A stretch of DNA of 64,000 nt from positions 15,376,001-15,440,000 of the forward strand of contig CP075494.1 in the NCBI GenBank assembly GCA_021613535.1, read 5' to 3'. Positions 1 to 13,119 of this stretch are shown in pieces. Position 1 is the first letter of the stretch, and every line of letters starts with the position of its first letter. The notes below the pieces were generated by a model. It was not told the origin of the DNA. It saw nothing but the letters and a program-made list of their open reading frames with translations, and made no database searches. The position numbers and the translations under genes are program-made. This DNA is from Adineta vaga (lineage: Eukaryota; Animalia; Rotifera).

Positions 1-112
1 AAGATGTATGTTATTGGTGAATAGGGTAATTGTTGAAGCACATGACTCCCAACAATTTATGGAGATCGTTGATGGTATTATCGAGCAAAGTGAACGAAAA
101 CTTTATGTTTAG
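1..112 (+). CDS. 3' end of an upstream nuclear receptor paralog (partial, runs off window)
   Basis: Near-identical to 2101-2212 (offset 2100). Reads RCMLLVNRVIVEAHDSQQFMEIVDGIIEQSERKLYV*, stop TAG at 110-112. Confidence 0.85.
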   Translation, partial: RCMLLVNRVIVEAHDSQQFMEIVDGIIEQSERKLYV

Positions 113-984
113 TTAGAAAAATAAAAGAGCAGATGTTCTTTATTCTATTTTGAATACGTTGTTTTAACGTAGATTTTGTTCTTTATTAGAGAATGAGTTT
201 ATTGAAGTTGACTATATTGATCGATGTTCATCACAAATTCATACTTGTAAACACTTGTCAGTTTTTAGGAAAGCGTATTCAATACTGAAGTCTTCTTTGA
301 AAAGATCAGTATAGCGCAGACAGATGTAAAGTCAATTCTCTAGTTTTCATTATATCAAAGAAAATGTACCTTCGTTTTATATCGACATTCATCTATCTTT
401 CTTATCAAGTAATAAATGACATATACAAATCGACATGAAATCATCTTTTTTTCGTTCATTCTTGTCTATTTAGGAGACATTATTTGGAATGATTCATCTT
501 CAAACCGATAAGACTTTGTCATACTATAGAATAAGTCGAATTTCGATATAATTTCACATCGATTAATCAGTAAAAATACAAACTAATAACTGATGTGATA
601 CAATACTTCGAAAAAACACTCTGTTAAATAAACTTTCCCAATATGACCCACTTGAATTTTCTAAACTAAATATTTACTTATCCAATATAAAATATTCTTC
701 TTACAAGCAAAGGATTTTCTCTGATCATCGTAAGATAAAAAATTCAATAATTTAACCTATTCCTTCGTATCATTGAGCAATATAATCTTTTCTCTCGGTA
801 GATAACTTTTCTGCTACAATAAAGGTCAAAAACATTTTCTTTTCCTATCCTGCATGTTCTTTCTTATTTATTTGTGCACTCAAACTAGAAGTATGTGCGT
901 CGTTTGCTTGAAGTGTTTTTCCTTCATAAATGGCGATTCTTTCCATTTTCTTAAATCCAAAATTTAGATTTGAATCTTTAATCA

Positions 985-2215
985 ATGTCATCGAATATTA
1001 TTCAACGGCAGAGAAGAACGTATCCATCTCAGTGTAGAATCTGTGGAGCATCTGCTCAATATTCATATTACGGCGCCATTGTTTGTCATTCATGTAAAGT
1101 ATTCTTTCGACGAAATATTCTTAATATCATAGTTAAGTTCGAACGAATAATCTTGGAATATTTTTGATTATTTATATTTATTTAGACAAAAAAGACATGT
1201 GATTTTGGAAATATATGTGAAATTAATCTGAATAATCGACATATTTGTTCACCATGTCGATTGGCTAAATGTTTAGCGATAGGAATGAAAAAAGAACTTA
1301 TTCGTGGTCCACAGTTATCATGTCATGAAAAACGTCAGAAGAAATATTCAACTAGTGATACAACTGTGGCAGCTCTTGTTACATTCACAAATAAATATCG
1401 ACAGAAACAGGTACGGATATTTGTTAATTAAATTCAATGGTTCCTATTTTAATATCTTGTGATTTTAGATTCCAACGTTAAATCTTCTTCAATCCGATCA
1501 ATCAATCTTATCCATCGAGCAATGGAATCTGCTTTCTAATTTAATTCATTCCTTTGATCAATATAGTGGATATTCATATGTACTTAGCTTTATTCAAGAA
1601 CAAAATACTTTACCTCTCAAACTAAGATACAGATATTCAGCAGTTAGCGAGTTTTTCACATCCATGATGAATCAAATTCAATGTGTTTTTGAAAAGAATC
1701 GTGATTTTTTATCTTTATCGACGAACGATCGAACGATACTACTTCGAATAACAGCTGAATATACATCAAGTATAGGTGGAATCTTTCTATTGTATCAAAG
1801 TCATTTATTCGATTATTCATTGTTCTATCAATCAACTCAGACTATCTTCTCATCAAATTCAACAGCTACAATAAAACGTGTCATTGGTCATCTTGATTCT
1901 GACGATACATTTATCAAACTAGTTCTTGCGATTCTAGCTTTTTCAACAACGAATTATACAATTTATTCAGGATCTATGTCTCACCTGATCGATAGTAATG
2001 CAATTCTTCCAACTCAAAATTTGTATACGGAAATCACATGGCGATATCTTTTACATAAATACAATCAAAATGAAGCTGTTATACGATTTATGAATGTTAT
2101 AAGATGTATGTTATTGGTGAATAAGGTAATTGTTGAAGCACATGACTCCCAACAATTCATGGAGATCGTTGATGATATTATCGAACAAAGTGAACAGAAA
2201 CTGCATATTTACTGA
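985..2215 (+). CDS. Nuclear receptor (C4 zinc-finger DBD plus divergent LBD), 3 exons
   Basis: CRICGASAQYSYYGAIVCHSCKVFFRR in exon 1. Second finger (CDFGNICEINLNNRHICSPCRLAKCLAIGM) in exon 2 (~1187-1410). GT-AG intron 1411-1468, then a helical LBD-like exon to TGA 2215. Confidence 0.9.
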
Positions 2216-3723
2216 TAGATTCGTTGAATTAAATGTAAAAAAGAAAGAAAACCAGTTGTTTTATGATTTGTATAGAAAATGCAAATGATTATATTGTAAG
2301 AAAACAGAATTGTCGTATGTAGATCATGTCTTTACGAGAAAGATTGACTGGACCGAATAGTATTTTGTCAAAACTAGTTATCTACTTTCCATATTTATTT
2401 TTCAGGTGAAGAAATCTCTCGCATATCAAATTTATTAATTATCCAAGCAATCAGTTATCTTTTTAATAAATTTTTGTGCAAAATCTCTCTTCAGTTCTAT
2501 TATGAAGATCAAATAAGAACTTTGTTATAATAATCATTTTAGTTCTTCCTTTTGAAAATAACGATTAAATACTTCCTCTGTGTTTATTTATATTCAAAGT
2601 CAAAATCAATGTTTTCTCTTTTACATAAAAAAATGATCGTATTTAGAATAAATTGGATATTCAATCAGCACCCTTCATTCATCATAACATTTGAATGAAG
2701 AAAAACTGGAAATAATGAATAGAATATATTCATCAATGAAAAAAAAATAACATTTTTCTTTTCTTTAGAGTACACTTATATACGTTCGATCGATCCTCGA
2801 GTCTTTCTATGGATGTGAAATGTTTTCTTAACTTTGCCTCTTCCTCACATGTGAAAAGGATGTCTTACTGTTCTGTCGATTCAGTCCTTTTCTATATATA
2901 TACATTTACTATACTTTGTTCTTTAAGCTTCTCCTTCCAGGTCAAAAATCTATTTTTTTTCCTAGAGCATTTAATGTTCTTGAAATTTTTACTGAATATG
3001 TATTTGATCTTAGAGAGGTTTTAATAAAAATACTCAGCTCATAATATTGAGTTTTGACAGAGTTATCGTAATATTAAGGAACAAAAAGTAGGTGTTCGTG
3101 TGTCAAAGATTTTTTTACAATTATAATGATATGGATCTTGGAATAGCGTCAAAATGTACAGAAAACGTGTTGCCACAACCTAACAAAGCCGGTTTTTCCA
3201 TAAACAATTGAATTGAAAGAAATTCTGGCTCCATTAGACTATGTTGAGCTTGAACTTCATCTAAAAACCTTCCTGAGCGTTCTGGTATTTAAAAAGACGG
3301 AGAAATCTGTCACACTGTAGTTTTCAAAAACATTTTGTCTTTGGTATCTGCAAATGCAGCTGAAAAACTTTTGTAAAACCGATAAATCGTAGCGCAATGA
3401 AAAGTAAAGATTATAAGCTATCTAACCATGTGTCGATCTTAAAATTGATTTTCTTTTACCCCGGGGCAAGGAGGAGGCTTAATAGGTCGATTCGTATCTA
3501 GTTGTGAAAACTTCGAATGAAAACCTGACGATTTCCTATTAGATTAATGAAATGTTTTACAAGTGAAATGTGTGTTGAAATGATTCGAAAAGATCAGGAG
3601 AATAAATCGAACAATGCATATTTCAATAAATGAGAACAGGTAAAAATCTTATTCAGGACGAACGAATCAAAGGTTTCGTTGTCTCGTTGAAATAAGTTCG
3701 ATAACATATATTTCTTCTTTTAG

Positions 3724-4053
3724 ATTCTTATAACGAAATCAATCTTAACCTTCGAACAACTTGTGAATATATATCAACCATTAGTGTGACATTTCTTCTA
3801 AATAAATTGTTGAAGAATATGAAATCTGCAATGAATGTATCAATTAATCCTCGCCATGCGCTCATCTTTCCAACGACGAGTTACAAAATGTCATTTGGAT
3901 ATTGTGAATGCGAGAAGAATTCTTCTAGTACAAGAGATGTATATGGAAATCATATGGAGACATCCTTTACATAAATATAATCAAGCGGTGAGATGTTCTA
4001 AAAATGTAATAAGATGTCTACTATTGATGCACATGAATCAAAATGATTTATAA
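3724..4053 (+). pseudogene. Decayed nuclear receptor LBD fragment
   Basis: MYMEIIWRHPLHKYNQAVRCSKNVIRCLLL aligns with LYTEITWRYLLHKYNQNEAVIRFMNVIRCMLL of the 985-2215 gene. Frameshifts and deletions; no DBD exons seen. Confidence 0.75.
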
Positions 4054-4185
4054 AGATTACTGATCGTGTTAGGAATAAAATCGAGACAAAACAGAGATAC
4101 AAATGAATTGAATTAGTTATATCTATTGATGTTAAATATTGTATGTATAAAAAAAAGTGACAAATAGTTCATAAACAGGATTATA

Positions 4186-6823
4186 CTATGCTTCGGAAAC
4201 AGTATTCAATTCAATACTACCGGAAGATTCTCCACCATGACTCAAATCCGTAAATGGATCTAAAATACCACCGAGTACACCAGTGGATCTTCTTATCCAA
4301 ACAACAGTGACAATGAATGCAATCCAGACAATAGGAATAACCGTTGCCATTACGATAATATGACTTTTTTCACGTGGAAGAACGGTCTCGTACGAAGAAA
4401 TAACGATATTTTCGATAACAGAGGTGGTACTAATTGATGAAGTTGATGATGATGATGAAGTTGAAGTAGATGTAATGATCGGGGTTGTTGAGGTCTATTC
4501 GAGAGAAATTCAATAACAATTGAATATTCTTTGATTAAGCATATTTTTCATCGATACAAAGTTACAGTTTGAAAGAAGTTACTTACGATAATGGTTGATG
4601 TTTGAACGGTTTGTGTCGTTATTGTTGTAGTTGTACTAAACAATAAAATGGTAAAAGATTGATAGAAAATCGTTTTTGTATAGTTTCAACACTTACGTAG
4701 TTGTAGTAGAACTTGAAGAGGATAATGTTGTTACCGTTGAAGTGATCTATGAAAGAAAATTAATTCAAGATCAAAATGATTTTGATCAAATGAAAATGTG
4801 ATGCTATCAGGTCTTTTAGAATTTACAAGACTGGTTTTGAATTGTAGATCTTTAAAACAGACACGAACTAAGCTCGAATGACAGCTGAGGAAAAATTGTG
4901 ATATGAAAATCAAATGATAATTCTGCTGAGCAAAATAATATATAGATTTATCCTACCGATGTTGTTGTAGTTGTTATCGTTGGTGATTGAGTAGTTACTA
5001 TTGGTTCAACGGATGTAATAAGCATAGTAGTTTGATCTGTTTTTTGAGTTGTCTGGACTGTACTTGACATTGTCGTCGTCGTTGTCGTTAATTCAGTTGT
5101 AGTAGTAGTACTTGTTGTTGTCTGCTCCGTAGTCTCTTCAGTTGTTGTTGTGGTGGTAGTAGTAGTTGTTGTTGTCGTCGGTTCTGTGGTCACTTCAGTT
5201 GTTGTTGTGGTGGTGGTGGTTGTTGTTGTTGTTGTCGGTTCTGTGGTCTCTTCAGTTGTTGTTGTGGTGGTGGTAGTAGTAGTTGTTGTTGTCGTCGGTT
5301 CTGTGGTCTCTTCAGTTGTTGTTGTGGTGGTGGTAGTAGTAGTTGTTGTTGTCGTCGATTCTGTGGTCTCTTCAGTTGTTGTTGTGGTGGTGGTGGTAGT
5401 AGTAGTTGTTGTTGTCGGTTCTGTGGTCTCTTCAGTTGTTGTTGTGGTGGTGGTAGTAGTAGTTGTTGTTGTCGTCGATTCTGTGGTCTCTTCAGTTGTT
5501 GTTGTTGTGGTGGTGGTGGTGGTTGTTGTTGCCTGCTCCGTAGTCTCTTCAGTTGTTGTTGTGGTGGTAGTAGTAGTTGTTGTTGTTGTCGGTTCTGTGG
5601 TCTCTTCAGTTGTTGTTGTGGTGGTGGTGGTTGTTGTTGTTGTTGTCGGTTCTGTGGTCTCTTCAGCTGTTGTTGTAGTGGTGGTGGTGGTGGTTGTTGT
5701 TGTTGTCGGTTCTGTGGTCTCTTCAGTTGTTGTTGTGGTGGTGGTAGTAGTAGTTGTTGTCGTCGGTTCTGTAGTCTCTTCAGTTGTTGTTGTTGTGGTG
5801 GTGGTAGTAGTAGTGGTTGTAGTTGACGATGAACTAGTCGTAACAGGTGTGCTTCCTATATAGTATTAGCTCACAATTCTATGTCTCATTCTATTTCATT
5901 ATCATACCGCAATTTCCTTGTACAATTGATATTTCATCAAAACCAATATTAGGAAATTGACTTCCAGACGTTCTCTGCACTTCAAAAAAGATCTTGACGA
6001 AAAACAAGAGAACGATATGAAAATACATCTATCTCAAAGATTTCAATACTTTATAATTTGTCGCTTGAGCATTGAATTGAACTGTTCGCAGTATCCATCC
6101 ATTAAATGGACTACTTGTCACCGAATCAATAATTTCACTTGCACCATCTGTTTCTTCTTTTCGTACATTGACAACTTTCTCCGTTAGATTAGCCATATAA
6201 TAATAATAATATAAACATTGTTCATTCATACCATTGATTCCACCAGTATCAGTCTTTAGTTGATAGATCTTTTTATCATTATTCAATAATAAAACATTAC
6301 CATATTTACCTTGAAAACATATTCGATATGAAGAAAATGATCTGATTAAAAAGGAGAAAAGGTTTTACCATCTCTACATCGACTATTTGAATCACTTGGT
6401 GTTGGACAGTAATTTCTATTGCAAAAGTACATATCCCAAGTATAAGCATTTACTTTATAGGGTAATGTACAGTTCTCTCCATTCTGTGTTGATTTTACTA
6501 TGTGAAAAGAAAAGAATATGATGAAATAATCTTGTGAATGAAAAGAAGGAAGATTGATCAATCTTACAACTTGATGAAACATCTGATAAAGCTCCATTAG
6601 GTGGTGTAGTGCCTATAAATCCTGCACTTGCAACAAGAGAAATGGTTGTTGTAAAACAATTCTCATTAAGTGCATCAAAATTGCATTGATATAGGATTTG
6701 TGAATGAACTGATGATATTAGAATGAAAACTGAAAGGAATATTATTGATTGATTTGATTTGATTTGAGAGGATCGATGAATAAAGATCTTACCAAAAAAA
6801 AGAAGAGTGAAACATTGCCACAT
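4186..6823 (-). CDS. Type I membrane mucin-like protein: signal peptide, MAM-like domain, Thr-rich repeat stalk, TM helix, short tail (multi-exon)
   Basis: MWQCFTLLFF start. YQCNFD ... CLYYYYYM ... GW ... IGFDEISIVQGNC is MAM-like. T/E/P repeats follow, then TM IIVMATVIPIVWIAFIVTVVWI and tail ending ELNTVSEA* (TAG 4188-4186). Confidence 0.75.
5125..5825 (-). repeat. Coding tandem repeat, ~60-63 nt unit, about 11 copies, encoding T(n)EETTEP
   Basis: Recurring GGTTCTGTGGTCTCTTCAGTTGTTGTTGTGGTGG on the + strand with variable Thr-codon run lengths. Confidence 0.95.
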
Positions 6824-7156
6824 CTCTTTGTATCGTAATGTAAAAGAGAACTTTCATCATATTTTGTTTTTTTGTTTTACCTGAGATAATATTTTATCTT
6901 CATTTCAAATAAACGAATGTCGTTTATTCATTCTATTTACTTATTATTTTCAAATAAAATGTAAATATTCATTTAATTAAAATACATCATAATGAATTTT
7001 TATCTTCTTATTTTATTCATTAATTTTCTTTCCCTCTCTCTCTCTCTTTCTCGTATTCGAAAACAAATCAAGATAGAAAAAACAAAAGAAGAAAAACATG
7101 AGAGAGTAATACAAGAAAAAAACAATCCATCGATGATCTGATGAATATTCTTCATT

Positions 7157-7438
7157 TTATTTGCTATCTTTAAGATAAAAACCTTTGCCAATAAATCCAT
7201 CTCGTGTAGCCAATCGTACAATTGAATCATCACTTTCACCCATCATACGAATTGAACCACAAAGTGCATAAGTACGATTTTTGCCTGTCATACGACCTGT
7301 ATGTTCATCGACTTCAGCAATATCCAATTGAACAGCAGCATGATCTTTTGCTGCGATGATTTTATTACTTGCAGCACATTTACGTGGAACGTATAATTCG
7401 ATTTGCTCAGCTGTTGGAACAACGTCGGTACCTTGCAT
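7157..7438 (-). CDS. RPS21: 40S ribosomal protein S21 (eS21)
   Basis: [30 protein letters not shown]...[22 protein letters not shown] is the eS21 signature. Confidence 0.97.
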   Translation of the reverse strand: MQGTDVVPTAEQIELYVPRKCAASNKIIAAKDHAAVQLDIAEVDEHTGRMTGKNRTYALCGSIRMMGESDDSIVRLATRDGFIGKGFYLKDSK

Positions 7439-7766
7439 TCTGATGTTTGAACAAATTCACAAGAGATCTGAAAAGATACGAATTTCGTTTTCGATGTCAA
7501 ACATTCGAAATGACACTCGTGAATCAAAACATTCTTATTTTCGATAATTTAGAGGAAAATGATTGAGAAACAAAACGATTCTTTTATCTTTTCCATTGAG
7601 AATATTATAAATAAACAGAATCCATAGTTTACCGATGAATACGATCCTCCAATTAAACTATGGAATTTTTTCAAATAAAAAAAGAATCGTTTTTTTTTGT
7701 CAAAATTATCGAAAATATTTTTCATAGATTTAAATTTCATTAGATAAAAAAATCAAAATCAATCAT

Positions 7767-9183
7767 TCATTCATTCATCCATCCACGATATTGTTTATAA
7801 TCAAAATGTTGAATATAGAACTTCCATTCTGTATAAATATCTGCACTCGTTAAATACATATTCAAATAAAGATAATATGCATGACGAGGATAATCAGCAG
7901 TTATTTCATATTGAAGAAATGATTCAATTGTTCCACGAGTTCTACGAACAATCTTTCCAGATTCTAAACGAAAGGAAAATAAATTGATTTAATGATTTAG
8001 TATTACCTCGATGAATCATTTGTTTGCCGTTTTGATCGAAATATTCGAAATAAATTTGGCAATTTTGAATTTTCCCTTGAAAATACAACTGAAATAATGC
8101 TTCTTGTTTCAGAATTAAACTTTGATAAAGAAATAAAGGAATTCTATATTTCATTGTTGAATTATTTTTTAGAACAATAAAATGACATTTATCATTTAAT
8201 TGAATCGAATCTTCAGGATTGATATTCCATTTGAATAATTGACATTGATCTTGATGATAAATAAAACTTGTATTCTTTCCTTCACTTCCATCTGGCATTT
8301 TTGCCATGTTAAATGAAATACTATCTTGAATTTGTTCGTTCGTAATCATCGATTCAGTTAAATCTGCTAAAGATAAATCAATTAATGATAAATAGGAATT
8401 TGGAAATTGTGTACGAATTAAACGTGTTCGATAGAAATTCGCTTCACTTAAATCAACATTTCGAAATGAAGAATCAGTTAAATCGGCACCTTGAAAATCT
8501 GCCATCGTTAAATCAATTGAAACGAACGAAGCATTGATCATCAATGCGCCAGATAAGGAAAGATTTCTCATTGAAATGTAACTTAAATGAATTCCGATTA
8601 AATCTCCATCGGTTAAATCAAGACGTTGATTTTCATAATCTGTTCTGAGCATTTTCGATTCGTAAAGAAATTTGATTAAAAGAACTTTTCGTGAAGGATC
8701 AAGTTGACGTAAAACAGTGAGTGTCATCGGTCGAAGAATTGAATATAGCAGTGCTCGATTGAAAACATAATTTTTTTGTATTAAAAGTTTTGTTAAATCA
8801 CGAATATAATTTGTCAAAATTGTATCACGTTGTTTATTATCTGCAATGGATAAATCTTGATGACGACGTGCTTCGTTTAATTTGAATTCTTGGATTCGTC
8901 GTTGTTCATCTAGGTGACGTTGTTGTTGACGAAGTTGATCGGCTATCTCTAAATCTTTTTGTCGATTTTCTTTATTTAAACTGTATTGTTGAAGAGTAAT
9001 AACAATGGTAAATATACCGATCATAAAAGGAAGAAGAATTTTTGCAATGATTTTTAGTACTTTTCGAATCGATATGGAAAAACATTGAGAGTTTATTTGA
9101 GTATCGATTGAAGAATTTGATGGACGAACTGTATTGAATGAGAAAGGCTTAAAAAGAAGATTTATAGAACTCTCTTTTCTCAT
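7767..9183 (-). CDS. Pentapeptide-repeat protein with N-terminal TM helix and coiled coil (2 exons)
   Basis: TM ILLPFMIGIFTIVITL, then a Q/R-rich coil, TLTVLRQLDPSRKVLLIKFLYES and A(D/N)LXX repeats (ADFQG ADLTD, VDLSE ANFYR). A short intron near 7966-8006 restores the frame to ...GWMNE* at 7767. Confidence 0.8.
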
Positions 9184-10365
9184 AGTTTTTATTAAAATTG
9201 CATAGACAATGTTAAATGTTTTACAGATGGTTTTTTTATCCGTTGATAAGAGTGTTTGTTTCAATCTGTGAAATTAAATGGAAAATGTGTTGAAATATTG
9301 ATGATTTGCGTCATACAAATTAGCCGAAGATAGAATCATTTTCGGCAAGTATTATATTTGATTACAAAATGTAATAGAGGACTCGCTCAGATAGACGAAT
9401 ACAGAGTTCGTATTACGAGTATGTTATTTTGACTTGAACATATGGAAAAAGGAAAACATCTTCGGATAATACAAAACAACATGAAGTCTTTCTATACACA
9501 GATCACCTAAATACGTTCATAGAATACTTCCTCTTCTTCTTTTTTTTTCTATTCAATTATAAAAAATATCGTTCTTACCTAAGAATTACATATAGAAGGA
9601 TTTTTCTATCTACTATTTCAAGTGTTACTAATGCGATATAGATAGAATTCTCGATTACATAATCATTGATTTAATATTGATAGAAACTGTTTTTCAAGGA
9701 TAAGAATGTTATTTATAGGTAGAATTGTCTCATAATGAATAAGAACTTTTTGAACTGATTTCGATTTGCATCATTTACGTCGTTTTTCTTTTCAAATTCA
9801 ATTATCAATCGAATCCAAGTGCTCTTTTTCTTTATATATAAGGAAAAAAAGATGTATGTCGACTGTCTGTTGTTTTGTTCACACGATTGTCGATGGAGTA
9901 AACCATTGATCTAATCGAATGAATGTCTGGAAAAATTCGATTTTTCTTTTCTTTTCTTATTTCGCAAGTTCTATATAGACCGAAAGATTGGAATGAATGA
10001 ACAACGTTGTTACACCAGATGGTACTCGATAATGATCATCGTTCGTCAATGCTTTGAGAAGAGGAAAGAAAAACGACAAGAAAATCGGAGTAAGAAAAGA
10101 ATGAAAGAATTTCCCTGTAGTCGTCGTCATCTCAATCAAAGTGCAGATTTGACACTCTCCTCCCCCTTCGTTCATTTCTGTTAACATACAAAAAGAGGAA
10201 ATCATTTTCTTTTCTTTAGTAGAAACTAAATGGCAAATGAATGAATGAGTAGTGGAATATATCAGTAAATCAAGGTTACTGAGATGATCATTAGAAAACG
10301 TCTTTTCATTTCACATAGAGATTCTATTCGTTAATCTTTCTCAAAATAAAATAATTTAAAGCAAT

Positions 10366-10912
10366 ATGATTATTCATCGAACAGGTAAACTATCCAATGT
10401 GTATGGTAAACATCCGTTCATTCCGGGCATTTGTTTTATCTAATAACGTACATTAATCATCATTTTTAGATATGTTCAATTCCACTCATAACCATCATCA
10501 TGATGAAATTTATTACAATGAAGAGAACTTTTCATTTTCCTATGATGATGAACCATCGATTTCATTAAATCGTTCGTATTATGATGATTTATTTCTTAAC
10601 CTTAATCCTAAACTAACCAAAACATCATTTTTTTCTTTCTCAAGTCCATTTACTTATATATTTCTCATTATAATTTGTTATTTAATTTTAACAATTGTCT
10701 TATTAACATTCACTTTATACAAACAACGACAAACTGAAATGGAAAATTTCTATTTCGGAGATTCAGATGAAGATATCGAACAAGGAAAACGGCATTTTGC
10801 ATGGAAACAATTTCTTATTGGAAAAATTCGCAAAGGTGATATGCAACCTTTATTAAGCAATGATTTTGATCAACAAAGAAAAACAGACGCATTTCCAATT
10901 TATATTGTGTAA
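10366..10912 (+). CDS. Small single-pass membrane protein, uncharacterised
   Basis: 146-aa ORF with TM YIFLIIICYLILTIVLLTFTLY. Probable first exon 10366-10384 (ATG...ACAG/GTAAAC) splices in frame to 10470. Confidence 0.65.
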
Positions 10913-11466
10913 ATAGAAACAATCGAACGGAGAGACAAAAAGAACAGAATGTCTTTACTTTACTTGTTATTTAAATATTTTTAATAGAAAGTTTCTTCGG
11001 GTCAAACTTAATGTTTAAAAGAATATTGACATGCACTAGTTAGTCATTCTCCCTTCAGGCATGTCTAGAACGTACTCTTGTCTTGTTAAATGGAATAATT
11101 GAATCTAAAAGCTTTCAGTCAACTTCATTGTTGCATAGTCTAATCATTTAGATATGGTAATAGAACTTTCAAAAGTCTTTTTTGGGACACAACAATAGTC
11201 CTCGGATGGTCTGTTTGTGTAGAAACAAAGTTTAAATAATTATATCAAGGAATATTTGATAATCTGTTATTTTCAATATGAATGATTTATATAAATTGAT
11301 AAGGTGATTATGATTTTTCTTTTGAAAGTCTCTAGTGAACATAGATTATGTTCATATTCTCTTGTGAATCAAGTAAATCAAATATTTCGATTATATTCTT
11401 TTCTCTAAAGATTTCTTATTTCATGTTGAGTTTTGATTGAAGAACAGTTTAAACTTTACGTCAAAC

Positions 11467-11507
11467 GAGGGTGAGAGTGTGGATGTCTCTTTTTTATCCA
11501 CACCCTC
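11467..11507. repeat. Short hairpin of GAGGGTG/CACCCTC family
   Basis: GAGGGTGAGAGTGTGGAT...ATCCACACCCTC; related to 60060-60147 and 63441-63480. Confidence 0.55.
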
Positions 11508-11840
11508 AGGTTCCATAATTTTTCTACCAGTTCCCTCCGGAAAACGAAGCAGTAGTCCGGCCAAAATCAATCGGATCCGGATCCATTCGCAATCCGCCTA
11601 AATACCGTCCTGCGGAGCCTGGCATATACCAACGGCAGATCCGAAAATCAATACGGATCCCGCGGCAGAAATTTTCTTAGGAAAAAGTCGTTTCCTATAT
11701 AACAGAACTGTCTTTGCGAGAATAACTCATTTGAGAAACGATGAGAAAAGAAATTTTTCGTTAATAAAAGATCATATTTTGGAAGTTTTTCGAATCTGCA
11801 GGTTCCCATCCGTTTCCAGCGCATACGGGTCGACCCGGGA
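11508..11840. mobile_element. GC-rich degenerate non-autonomous repeat (CCGG/CGGATCC-rich)
   Basis: Abrupt GC rise, repeated AAAATCAAT(A)CGGATCC, and an end TCGACCCGGG resembling TCGACCTGGG at 32596-32605. No ORF. Confidence 0.5.
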
Positions 11841-13119
11841 AGTTATTCGATTTTCTAAATAGTTATGTGAGATACAAAGGAACTTTTGAAAACTGTGTAT
11901 TATATTTAAATAATGTGATTATAAAGAATTTCGTACTTTGTTAACAACAACAAATAGATTGTTCATCAGAATTTGCAACCATAGCGATATTTTGTTTTCT
12001 TGGTCACAATTTTTTATTCATCTTCTTGTGAAAAAACTTTCTCTGTAGAGAGAAAAGGCATTAAAAATTTTCCATTCTATCTGTTTGAAGAAAGTCATTA
12101 AAGTATTAGACTGGGTAGATTAACATCAATGAAGATAAGTTCAACATTCAAACAAACTGTCTATTTACATATTTTTAGATGTTATTTAATAAGTTCAATT
12201 AATATACTAAGTTGCATTCGCTCTTATTTTCTATCACTCTCTTGTACATATTGCTCATACAGATGAATCTATAAAAGCAAGATTTGTCTTGGCTGCTAGA
12301 TAGAATGTCGTCGACTATCTTTACTCCTCAAAGACTTCTCACAGCTAATTCATCAAAACGCGTAATGCTGAATGAATAACCTTAAGGTAAAGAGGTTAAT
12401 CATGCTTCTCAGCGTTCTCTGTTGTTTGATGGAGATCATGAGGTCTCTTTTCGGGTCTGCGACAATTGGTCGTAAGCTTATTACAAACTATGAGAGAGAA
12501 TACCCGTTACACCTGATATGATCTAACTAAGTCGACTATATAGAGTAGTATATGGTCTAAGATTGATTACTTTAATAATGAATTAAACAGATGGAAGAAT
12601 CATGGAAAGCCGGATTTGATGAAATAAATACTAGATATATAGTACATAACTAATGTAGTAGAATAAATTTTCCAAAATATAAGTAAAATAGGGAAAAATC
12701 ATTTTATAGTTGCGAACATTTACCTGAAGATCTAAATCTGTAGGCGACTTTACTAGAAGTTTTTTGTGTTTCTTAGCAGAAATAGTCAAGATTTTCGAAA
12801 AGTTTGACATACTATAGAATAAAGCTGGAGTCTTGAATTAGGAGGGCTATAGTAACATTTTTCGAATTGCATTAAATTGCTGTCCTCCAATTTCCTTTTT
12901 TTTAGAGTTGTTGCTTTCTTATAATTTTCTTCCGGCAAAAACACGTTGACGCGTACTTCTAGATATTTTATTATAGTAAGTGATGTTGAAATAGATAACG
13001 CTGGTACAATCAATGTGCACATACAACTGTCGTTAGTGCATATCAAGGAGATGAGGAACTGAGCTATTATTATTATTCGAGAAAAAAGATGCATAAAACT
13101 ATATCTCGTAAAATGAGGG

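Noticed and set aside
2950-3560. Transposon-like noncoding sequence between the nuclear receptor copies
   Set aside because: No terminal repeats or second copy in the window to support a call.
5150-5863. 237-aa poly-Val ORF on the + strand
   Set aside because: Antisense shadow of the Thr-rich mucin repeat; begins at GTG.
12474-12498. GCTTATTACAA resembling the rotifer spliced-leader sequence as I recall it
   Set aside because: Only 11 nt match; no following GT donor or Sm site seen.
12240-13075. Region with ORF 12786-13193 and unusual composition, possible decayed transposon
   Set aside because: No transposase or RT motif, and no termini recognisable.
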